Part shown: piece by piece, positions 50,405 to 58,621 of the stretch
Numbering within the stretch: the first letter of the stretch is position 1
Layout of the letters: each line of letters opens with the position of its first letter
Assembly: GCA_963761305.1 (NCBI GenBank)
Contig: CAVXGK010000001.1
Location: 1,120,001-1,184,000 of the forward strand
DNA from: an uncultured Gemmatimonadaceae bacterium
GTDB lineage: Bacteria > Gemmatimonadota > Gemmatimonadetes > Gemmatimonadales > Gemmatimonadaceae
DNA: 64,000 nt
Direction of reading: 5' to 3'
The notes under the pieces: generated by a model
The model's input: the letters and a program-made list of their open reading frames with translations, nothing else
Told to the model about the DNA's origin: nothing
Databases searched by the model: none
Made by a program: the position numbers and the translations under genes

Positions 50405-51016
50405 CTACGGGCGCAGCAGCTCCAGGAACTGCGTCAGCGCGCGGTGCGTGAGTCCCCAGACGACGAAGTCGCCGTGGCGGAACGCGTCGACGTCGCGCGG
50501 CCCGACGTTGCGAATCGCCACGACTGCGCGCCCCCACGCGCTCGGGTCGACGAGGCGTTCGAGCGGAACCCAGAATGCCTCGGCCACCTCGGCGCTCGGC
50601 GCGGCGGTCGCGTCGCGGCCGGCCACCGCGACGAACGGGCGAATGACGATCGGCGGAAGCGCTGGAGTTCGCGGCGCCACGTCGTCGAGCGCGCCGAGGA
50701 TGCGCCCGTCGCGCGCGAGATCGACGCCCGTCTCTTCGAGCGTCTCACGCATCGCGGTGTGGGCGAGATCAGGGTCGCCGGGCTCCATGCGTCCGCCGGG
50801 ACACGCGACGTGTCCGCTCCACGGATCGCGCTCGACTTCGGCGCGACGGATCATCAGCAGCTCGGGCTCACCGTTCGCGGCGGGACGCAACACCAGCGCG
50901 ATCGCCGCGTAGCGCTCTTCGCCGGTCGCGGTCACGGCGAGCGGCGTTCGCTCGGCGATGCGCCGGGCGATTCGGGCGATGTCAGGTCGTGCGAGAAATT
51001 CGTCCAGCGACGTCAC
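50405..51016 (-). CDS. NUDIX hydrolase (CoA pyrophosphatase-like)
   Basis: WSGHVACPGG...AMRETLEETG, VWGLT. Confidence 0.92.
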   Translation of the reverse strand: MTSLDEFLARPDIARIARRIAERTPLAVTATGEERYAAIALVLRPAANGEPELLMIRRAEVERDPWSGHVACPGGRMEPGDPDLAHTAMRETLEETGVDLARDGRILGALDDVAPRTPALPPIVIRPFVAVAGRDATAAPSAEVAEAFWVPLERLVDPSAWGRAVVAIRNVGPRDVDAFRHGDFVVWGLTHRALTQFLELLRP

Positions 51017-51019
51017 CTG

Positions 51020-51373
51020 TCATTCCACCTCGCCGCCGGCGTCCGCCCAGCCGCGAATGCCGCCCGACATCGACGCGACCTTGTCGTAGCCCATCGTCCG
51101 CAGCGTGTCGGCCGAGAGGGTCGAGCGGCTCCCCGACGAGCAGTAGAGGACGACGTTGGCGTCGCGCGCCACCTGCGCTTCGATCCGGCTCTCGAGGTGG
51201 CTGCGCGGAACGTGGACGGACCCGGGAATCTTCGCCGCGTTCACTTCCTGAATCTCGCGGATGTCCACCAGCACGACCGGCTCGCCGCGCTGCTGCATGT
51301 CGAGCACCTGGCGCGGCGTCACTTCGCGGACGCGCGCCTTCGCCTCCGTCATCAACTGCGGATACGTCTTCAT
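51020..51373 (-). CDS. Rhodanese-like protein
   Basis: VDIRE, IPGS, YCSSGSRS, MSGGIRGW. Confidence 0.9.
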   Translation of the reverse strand: MKTYPQLMTEAKARVREVTPRQVLDMQQRGEPVVLVDIREIQEVNAAKIPGSVHVPRSHLESRIEAQVARDANVVLYCSSGSRSTLSADTLRTMGYDKVASMSGGIRGWADAGGEVE

Positions 51374-51386
51374 GCGTCGCGGTCGT

Positions 51387-52292
51387 TCATCGTTCGATGA
51401 TGATCGTTCGTTGATCGGCGTCGAGCACGGCAGTGGCGCCGAGCGGCAGCGTGAACTGATCGTCGACGTGGCCGAACGGCGCGTTGGCGATGCACGGCAC
51501 CCCGCAGCGGTCGGCGGCCTCCTGCAATATGCGCTCGAGCGGAAGCGACCGTTCGGCCTCGCTGGTGTCGGGCGGAATGTCGGTGAAGCGGCCGAAGACG
51601 ATGCCGGCGCACTTGGCCAACGCGCCGGACAGCGCGAGTTGCGTGAGCATGCGGTCGATGCGATACACGGCTTCATTCACGTCCTCGAGCACGAGGATCG
51701 CGCCATCGAGATCGACCGCGTACGGCGTTCCCACGAGCGACGCGACGAGCGCGAGATTCCCGCCGGCGAGGCGGCCGCGCGCGCAGCCGGCGCGCAGCGT
51801 GACGGTGTCGTCGTGACGCACGACGTACGGCGACGCGCCCGACGACACCGCCGTGACGAGCGATTCACGCGTCAGGTCGGTGAGCACCGCGCGCGCGGTC
51901 GGTCCGTGATACGTGACGAGATCCGCTCGCGCGCCGATCGCCGCGTGCAGCGCGGTGATGTCGGAATAGCCGATCAACGCTCTTGGTTTCCAACGCCACA
52001 CGTCGTAGTCGATGCCTTGGAGCAACCGCATCGCGCCGTAGCCGCCGCGAATGCACCAGATGCCGTCGATCGAGTCGTCGGCCGCCGCCGCGACGAGATC
52101 GGCCAGGCGATGCGCGTCGCGGCCGGCGAAGTATCCGTCGCGCTCGAGCACGTGCGCGCCGGGCACAGCGTCCCAACCGAGCTCGCGCGCGTTGTTCATC
52201 GCGCGCTCGAGATCGCCCGGGTCGCGCAGCGGACCGGAGGGCGCGACGAGCGCGACACGCGCGCCGGCCGAAAGAAGGGGTGGAAAGCGCAT
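51387..52292 (-). CDS. ldcA: LD-carboxypeptidase (peptidase S66)
   Basis: IRGGYG, GYSDIT, GGNL, LEDVNE, FGH; start could be 52304. Confidence 0.88.
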   Translation of the reverse strand: MRFPPLLSAGARVALVAPSGPLRDPGDLERAMNNARELGWDAVPGAHVLERDGYFAGRDAHRLADLVAAAADDSIDGIWCIRGGYGAMRLLQGIDYDVWRWKPRALIGYSDITALHAAIGARADLVTYHGPTARAVLTDLTRESLVTAVSSGASPYVVRHDDTVTLRAGCARGRLAGGNLALVASLVGTPYAVDLDGAILVLEDVNEAVYRIDRMLTQLALSGALAKCAGIVFGRFTDIPPDTSEAERSLPLERILQEAADRCGVPCIANAPFGHVDDQFTLPLGATAVLDADQRTIIIER

Positions 52293-52367
52293 CGACGTGG
52301 ACATACGCACGCGCGAACGAACTCGTCAACTCGGGACGACCTCGTCAATCGTTGTCTTTGGTCGCAT

Positions 52368-52384
52368 CTGGCACTGTTGGTGCG
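52368..52384 (+). promoter_or_regulatory. Putative sigma-54 promoter
   Basis: CTGGCACTGTTGGTGCG fits TGGCAC-N5-xTGC. Confidence 0.6.
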
Positions 52385-52455
52385 GAAATCGAAGTCCCGC
52401 CGGGCGCATCCGTGCCCGGCAATGGACTAATGGACTCATGATCGGAGGAAGGACC

Positions 52456-52785
52456 ATGGCGGACCGCGACAACGATCGCAGCAACGTCGGCGACAACGAT
52501 CCAATCAACAATCCGAGCAAGTCGGGCAGTCCGGGGTCGAGTGGTTCGAGCGGTTCTGGTGGCACGAGCGGGTCGAACAATCCGAAGAATCCGAATCCGT
52601 CGAGTGGAACGAAACCGGGCGGCGGCATGACTGGAACGCCGGGCGGTGGCAGCGGAAGCGGCAGCGGATTTGGTTCCGGCGGCTCGCAGCAAGGCAAGAC
52701 GCCGTCGCAGGGCACGGGCGGATCGACGCAGAAACCGGGCACCGGGAATCCGGGAACCGGATCGGGGAATCCCAGCAACAGGTAG
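52456..52785 (+). CDS. Small Gly/Ser/Pro/Asn-rich disordered protein (109 aa)
   Basis: GGAGGAAGG RBS, its own promoter and terminator, biased composition. Confidence 0.75.
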   Translation: MADRDNDRSNVGDNDPINNPSKSGSPGSSGSSGSGGTSGSNNPKNPNPSSGTKPGGGMTGTPGGGSGSGSGFGSGGSQQGKTPSQGTGGSTQKPGTGNPGTGSGNPSNR

Positions 52786-52823
52786 GTTCGCGGGTCTGAT
52801 TGGATCGTCGTCAGGTCCTTTGA

Positions 52824-52863
52824 GGGTCGCGAGCGGTCGCCACCGCTCGCGGCCCAGTTTTTT
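52824..52863 (+). terminator. Intrinsic terminator
   Basis: GGGTCGCGAGCGGT-CGCC-ACCGCTCGCGGCCC followed by AGTTTTTT. Confidence 0.8.
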
Positions 52864-52916
52864 GTCCGTTTTAGCGCGTGTTCGTCGTGCGACGCGCCGC
52901 GCGGTAAGTTCCGCGC

Positions 52917-54179
52917 GTGTCGTTGCCGACGCGTGTACTCGTGGCGCTTGGCGCCGGAATCGCGGCAGGGATCGCGCTTGGCCAGATCGACGCCGGCGCC
53001 TCGCGCACGATCGTCGCCGTCGTTGAACCGTTCGGAACCCTCTTCGTCAACGCGATTCGCATGACGGTCGTGCCGCTCGTCGTGTCGAGCCTCATCGTCG
53101 GCGTCGCGTCGACGGACGACCGCGCGATGCTGGCGCGCGTGGGTGGGCGCGGCGTGTTGGTGTTCGTCGTGTTGCTGTCGCTCTCGGGGCTTCTCGCGGC
53201 GATCGTGACGCCGCCGCTGGTCTCGCGCCTTCAGCTCGACCCGTCCGCCGTCGCTCAAGTTCGCGCGGCCTCGCCGTCGGCGAGCACCGTCGCGGCTGGC
53301 GCCGCCGCCATCAAGGGTCCCGCGGCGTGGCTCGTGTCGCTCGTTCCGGCCAACGCCATCGCGGCAGCCGTGGACGGCACGATGCTGCCGCTCATCGTCT
53401 TCGCGCTCGCCCTCGGACTGGCGCTCGGCCGCGTCGAAGCACACGCCCGCGACGAAGTCGTGACCGTGTTTCGCGCTATCGCCGAGTCGATGCTCACGTT
53501 GGTGCGATGGCTGTTGGTCGTCGCGCCGATCGGCGTGTTCGCGCTTGCCCTGCCGCTCGCGGCGCGTCTCGGGATCGCCGCGGTCGGAGCGCTCGCGTTG
53601 TACGTGGTCATCGTGTCCGTCGCCGCCGTCGGGCTCATCGTGTTCGTGCTCATGCCGGCGTCGGCGTTGAGCGGCGGCGTCCCGCTGCGACAGTTCGCGC
53701 GCGCGGCGCTCCCCGCGCAGGCCGTGGCGTTTTCGTCGCGGTCGTCGCTCGCTGCGCTGCCGGCGTTGATCGACTCGGCGCGCACCCGCCTCGGCATGCC
53801 CGACGAGATGACCGGATTCTTCCTGCCGTTCGCGTCGGCGATGTTTCGCGTCGCGGCGCCGTTCAGCATGACGGCCGGCGCCGTGTTTCTGTCGAAGCTC
53901 TATGGAATCAGCATGTCGCCGGCGCAGCTCGCGACCGTCGTGGTGACGGCCGTGCTGACGAGCTTCAGCGCGCCGGGAATTCCCGGCGGCTCGATCCTCG
54001 TCATGGTTCCGGTGCTGAGCAGCATTGGACTGCCGCTCGAGGGACTCGGCATTCTGCTCGGCGTGGACACGATCCCCGACATTTTCCGGACCACGGCGAA
54101 CGTGACGGGCCAACTCACGGCGGCCACGATCGTCGCGCGGAGAGCGGAGCCGGCGCGCGAAGCCGCGCTGGTGCCGTGA
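52917..54179 (+). CDS. Dicarboxylate/amino acid:cation symporter (DAACS)
   Basis: FVNAIRMTVVPLV, AFSSRSSLAALP, GIPGGS, DIFRTTANVTG. Confidence 0.92.
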   Translation: MSLPTRVLVALGAGIAAGIALGQIDAGASRTIVAVVEPFGTLFVNAIRMTVVPLVVSSLIVGVASTDDRAMLARVGGRGVLVFVVLLSLSGLLAAIVTPPLVSRLQLDPSAVAQVRAASPSASTVAAGAAAIKGPAAWLVSLVPANAIAAAVDGTMLPLIVFALALGLALGRVEAHARDEVVTVFRAIAESMLTLVRWLLVVAPIGVFALALPLAARLGIAAVGALALYVVIVSVAAVGLIVFVLMPASALSGGVPLRQFARAALPAQAVAFSSRSSLAALPALIDSARTRLGMPDEMTGFFLPFASAMFRVAAPFSMTAGAVFLSKLYGISMSPAQLATVVVTAVLTSFSAPGIPGGSILVMVPVLSSIGLPLEGLGILLGVDTIPDIFRTTANVTGQLTAATIVARRAEPAREAALVP

Positions 54180-55336
54180 CTCCCGTCGGAGCACCGCTCC
54201 TTTGGACGCTGCCGTGGATCGTGCCGCCTGTTGTGGCGATCGTCCGCGCGCTCGATTCGCGGTCGCTCGACGACTACGCGGCAACCGTCGAAGGCGAAGC
54301 GCCGCCGGTGTCGGTCGTCATCCCCGCCCGCAACGAAGCGCGCAACATCGAGAAATGCGTGCGATCGGTGCTCGCGACCAACTATCCGAACGTCGAGGTC
54401 ATCGTCGTCGACGACCACTCGACGGACGGCACCGGTGACATCGCGCGACGCATCGCGCCGAGCGACGATCGCCTTCGCGTGCTCGCCGCGCCGGACCTGC
54501 CCGCCGGGTGGTTTGGAAAGCAATGGGCGTGCGCCGCGGGCGCGCGCGCGTCGTCTGGATCGCTCCTCTGTTTCACCGACGCCGACACGGCGCACGCGCC
54601 GGACCTTCTCGCGCGCGCCGTCAATGCGCTGCGCGCCCGCGTCGCCGATCTGCTCACCGTCGCCGGCGCGCAGGAGATGCTCGGCTTCTGGGAGCGGATC
54701 GTCCAGCCGCAGTTGTTCGCGCTGCTCTCCATTCGCTATGGGGGCACGGAGCACGTGAGCCGCGCCAAGCGCCCCGCCGACGCGATCGCCAACGGCCAAT
54801 TCATTCTGGTGCGACGCGCCACGTACGACGCGATGGACGGGCACGAGCGCGTGCGAGATCTCGTCGCCGAGGACATGGCGATGGCGCAGGAGTGGGTGCG
54901 CGCCGGCCGGAGAATCGCGCTGCTCACTGGAGTCGAGCAACTCTCCACGCGCATGTACGCCGGCTACCGGGAGCTCGTGTCCGGCTGGCGCAAGAACATT
55001 TACGCCGGCGGGCGACACGCCGCGCTCGGCGGACGTTTAGGACGCGTGTTGTATCCGGTGATTCTCCCGGCGCTGCCGCTGTTCTCGCTCGCGCCGCCGA
55101 TCGTGCTGCTGCTCTGCGCGATCGGCGTGCTGTCGAGCGGCTGGCTCGTGTGGTCTGCAATGGTCTACGCCTTGAGCGCCGTGTTCTGGGCACTGCTCTA
55201 CGCCTGGCTCCGACAGCCGCCGTGGTACGCGCCGCTCTACCCGCTCGGGTCGGCGGTGTTGTTGATCATCGCCGGCGGCGCCGTGCGACGCGGGCGGCGA
55301 GTGGAGTGGAAGGCGCGAGAATACATCGCGCGCTGA
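54176..55336 (+). CDS. GT2 glycosyltransferase (CrtQ/HpnB-like)
   Basis: VSVVIPARNE, VDDHSTDGT, GWFGKQWAC, FTDAD, ANGQF, AED. Confidence 0.9.
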   Translation: MTPVGAPLLWTLPWIVPPVVAIVRALDSRSLDDYAATVEGEAPPVSVVIPARNEARNIEKCVRSVLATNYPNVEVIVVDDHSTDGTGDIARRIAPSDDRLRVLAAPDLPAGWFGKQWACAAGARASSGSLLCFTDADTAHAPDLLARAVNALRARVADLLTVAGAQEMLGFWERIVQPQLFALLSIRYGGTEHVSRAKRPADAIANGQFILVRRATYDAMDGHERVRDLVAEDMAMAQEWVRAGRRIALLTGVEQLSTRMYAGYRELVSGWRKNIYAGGRHAALGGRLGRVLYPVILPALPLFSLAPPIVLLLCAIGVLSSGWLVWSAMVYALSAVFWALLYAWLRQPPWYAPLYPLGSAVLLIIAGGAVRRGRRVEWKAREYIAR

Positions 55337-55420
55337 TCGCACACCGCTCTCGAAATGAAATGAGAGGATCCGCAATGGCGTGATCCCGGAGAATCGCGCG
55401 CGCACTGCTAGCGTCGGCGC

Positions 55421-58400
55421 GTGCCGATCGCATCGCTCCACGCCGCCGCCGAGCTGCTCACCGCGGCCGACTCTCCGACCGGACTCGCCGCCGTCGCGCG
55501 TTCGATTGGTTGTGACGGCGATCCCGCGCCACTCGACCTCGACACGCAACGCGGCCTCGGCCTGGACGACGCCATCGTCGACGCGAGCGTGGCCACCGGC
55601 GCGGGCGCCCTGCGCGCACTCCTGCTCACGGTGCGCGACGACGTCTCGATCCGCGAGGTTTTACCACGCCTCGCGGGCCGGCTCGCCACGCGCGCGGCGC
55701 ACGTGCTCTGGATCGTCGTCGCGTCCCAGCGGTCGCGGGGCGACGTCGCGATCGCCGCGTGGGCGGGAGATCGCCGCCCCCCGCGCGTCGCCGCGATCGT
55801 CGTCGATCGCCGGCATCCGGTGGACAGCGACGCCGAAACGTTGCGCGCCCTGTCGGTTGCGGCGGGCGAGCGCGACGTGCTCACGCACGCACGGTGGGTC
55901 GAGGTGCTCGGCCGTGATTCGCTCACGGCTCGCTTCTATCGCGCGCTGGAACGTGCCGTCTCGACCATCGCCACATCGTCGGCCGTGGGTAGAGACGCAC
56001 AACGGCGCGACGCGGCGCTGCTCGACACGTCGCGACTCGTCTTCCTCTCGTTCCTGGAGGCCAAGGGCTGGCTCGACGGCGACCGCGGCTTCCTCGTCCG
56101 CCACTTCGAGCGTTGCATGGCGCACGGCGGCCGGTTTCGCGACCGCGTGCTCCGTCCGCTGTTCTTCGGCACGCTCAACACGCCGTTCAGTCGGCGCGCA
56201 TCAACTGCCCGGGCGTTCGGTCGCATTCCTTTCCTCAACGGCGGTCTCTTCGCACGAACGCCGATCGAGCGGGCCCTTCGCGGCCTGGCGTTTTCGGACG
56301 ACGCGTTCGGCGCGTTGATCTTCGACGTCTTCGCGCAATACCGCTTCACTGCGCGCGAGGAGACGACAACGTGGACCGAAGCGGCCGTCGATCCCGAGAT
56401 GCTCGGCCGCGCCTTTGAATCGCTGATGGCGCCCGCCGAGCGGCGGCGCACCGGCGCATTCTTCACGCCGTTCTCGCTCGTGGAGCGCGTCTCGGCGTCG
56501 GCACTCGCGGCGGCGCTCGGCGACGACGGCGCGCGGGCGCTCGCCGGCGAGCCGTTGCGCCCGGCGAGAGCACGCGTGGTTCTCGAGTCACTCGACCGGC
56601 TCACGGTGCTCGACCCGGCGTGCGGTTCCGGCGCGTTTCTCGTCCACGCGCTCGAGCGGATCGCGTCACTGCGTTCCTCGCTCGGCGATGGCCGCGACGT
56701 CAGCTCGATTCGCCGCGACGTGCTCACGCGCTCGATCTTCGGCGTCGACGTCAATCCGACCGCGGTATGGCTGTGCGAGTTGCGTCTCTGGCTCTCGGTG
56801 GTGATCGAGAGCGAGGTGAACGATCCGGTCGCCGTCACGCCGCTGCCGAACCTCGACCGCAACGTGCGCACAGGCGACGCGTTGTCCGGCCGCGCGTTCG
56901 GATCGCCCGACGTGCCTCGCGGCGACGCCGCCCACCTTCGAACGCTTCGCGAGCGGTACGCGCGAGCGACGGGACGTCGCAAGGCATCGTGCCTGCGACA
57001 GCTCGAGCGCGCCGAGCGTGCGTACACGGTCGCGGCGATCGGAGGGGAGTTGCGCGCCGTGGCGGCAAAACGCCGCGACGTTCTCGTCGCGCGCCGGGGC
57101 CGCGATCTGTTCGGCGAGCGATATCAGCCCACGCGCGACGAGCTGAACGCCGCCGCGGCGCTCAGATCGGTTGCGAAGGCACTTCGTGCATCGCGACGGC
57201 GTATTCTCGACGGCGGCGCGCTGCCGTTCGCGTTCCCGACGCACTTCGCCGACGTCGAAGCGCGCGGCGGCTTCGGCATCATCGTCGGCAACCCCCCGTG
57301 GGTGCGCGCGCATCGCGTTCCCCAGTCGCAGCGCGCGATCTATCGCCGCGACTACGACGTCGCGCGGGCGGCGGCGTGGGAGCCGGGCGCCGCTGCCGCC
57401 GGCGCGGGCCGAGGATTCGCTGCTCAGGTAGACGTCGCGGCGCTGTTCGTCGAACGGTCGCTCCGGTTGCTCGCCCCCGGTGGCACGATGGCGCTCCTGC
57501 TTCCCGTGAAGCTCTGGCGGTCCCTCGCCGGCGGAGGCGTACGCCGATTTCTCGCCGATGGCGCGCGCATCGTGCGCGTCGAGGACCACGCGCGAGCGTC
57601 GGGCACATTCGACGCTGCCGTCTACCCGTCACTCCTCGTCGCGCAGCGACGCGTCGACGACTCGGCTCGCGCAAAGAACGCGATGCTCGTCGAAGCGTCG
57701 GTGCACGACAACGCGACGACCGGCATCGCGTGGCGACTTCCGGCGCACGACCTTCCGTTCGACGCCAGCCGCGGCGCACCGTGGCTTCTGCTTCCACCCG
57801 ACGCGCGACGCGGATTCGACCGACTCCGCGAGCTCGGCCGGCCGCTCGCCGAGTCGGAGCTCGGCCGGCCACGACTCGGCGTGAAGTGCGGATGCAACGA
57901 CGCATTCGTGGTCGAGATTCTCGGCTCCGACGAAGACCTCGTCGACGTGCTCACGATGGATCGCAAGCGCGTGACCATCGACCGCACGATGCTGCGGCCG
58001 TTGCTCAAGGGCGAGCGTCTCCGCCGTTGGACGGTGCCGCCGTCTGTCGACGCGATCATCTGGACGCACGACATGCACGGCAGCGCGCTGCGATCGTTGC
58101 CCACTCGAACCGAGCGTTGGCTCTCCGGCTGGCGTCGACAGCTCGCCGCTCGCTCCGACGCCCGCGATCACGCGCCGTGGTGGTCGCTCTTTCGCACCGA
58201 GGCAGCGGCCACCGAACGCGCTCGCGTCGTGTGGGGCGATGTCGGACGCGAGCCGCGCGCGTCGGTTCTGTTGTCGGGCGACACGCGCGTGCCGCTCAAC
58301 ACCTGCTATGTCGTGCGCTGCCCGGACGCGAGTGACGCCTTCGCGCTCGCCGCGCTGCTCAACGGGCCGCTCGCGCGTTCGTGGCTCGACGCGCTGGCGG

Positions 58401-58621
58401 AGCCGGCGCGCGGCGGGTATCGGCGCTACCTCGGTTGGACGATGTCTCTGCTTCCGATTCCATACGAGTGGCAACGTGCGCGCGATGTCCTCGCCCCGCT
58501 CGGCGAGTCCGGCGCGTGCGGCCGCCCGCCGAGCGACCAGGAATTGTTAGACGCGTCGCTGACGGCCTATGGTGCGGACCGGCGCGCAACGGCGGCGCTC
58601 GTCGCGTGGACCGGCCTGTGA
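55421..58621 (+). CDS. Large N6-adenine DNA methyltransferase (Eco57I/type IIG-like fold)
   Basis: IPFLNGGLF, DPEMLGRAFE, GAFFTP, LDPACGSGAFL, IFGVD, VGNPPW, GVKCGCNDAF. Confidence 0.88.
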   Translation: MPIASLHAAAELLTAADSPTGLAAVARSIGCDGDPAPLDLDTQRGLGLDDAIVDASVATGAGALRALLLTVRDDVSIREVLPRLAGRLATRAAHVLWIVVASQRSRGDVAIAAWAGDRRPPRVAAIVVDRRHPVDSDAETLRALSVAAGERDVLTHARWVEVLGRDSLTARFYRALERAVSTIATSSAVGRDAQRRDAALLDTSRLVFLSFLEAKGWLDGDRGFLVRHFERCMAHGGRFRDRVLRPLFFGTLNTPFSRRASTARAFGRIPFLNGGLFARTPIERALRGLAFSDDAFGALIFDVFAQYRFTAREETTTWTEAAVDPEMLGRAFESLMAPAERRRTGAFFTPFSLVERVSASALAAALGDDGARALAGEPLRPARARVVLESLDRLTVLDPACGSGAFLVHALERIASLRSSLGDGRDVSSIRRDVLTRSIFGVDVNPTAVWLCELRLWLSVVIESEVNDPVAVTPLPNLDRNVRTGDALSGRAFGSPDVPRGDAAHLRTLRERYARATGRRKASCLRQLERAERAYTVAAIGGELRAVAAKRRDVLVARRGRDLFGERYQPTRDELNAAAALRSVAKALRASRRRILDGGALPFAFPTHFADVEARGGFGIIVGNPPWVRAHRVPQSQRAIYRRDYDVARAAAWEPGAAAAGAGRGFAAQVDVAALFVERSLRLLAPGGTMALLLPVKLWRSLAGGGVRRFLADGARIVRVEDHARASGTFDAAVYPSLLVAQRRVDDSARAKNAMLVEASVHDNATTGIAWRLPAHDLPFDASRGAPWLLLPPDARRGFDRLRELGRPLAESELGRPRLGVKCGCNDAFVVEILGSDEDLVDVLTMDRKRVTIDRTMLRPLLKGERLRRWTVPPSVDAIIWTHDMHGSALRSLPTRTERWLSGWRRQLAARSDARDHAPWWSLFRTEAAATERARVVWGDVGREPRASVLLSGDTRVPLNTCYVVRCPDASDAFALAALLNGPLARSWLDALAEPARGGYRRYLGWTMSLLPIPYEWQRARDVLAPLGESGACGRPPSDQELLDASLTAYGADRRATAALVAWTGL

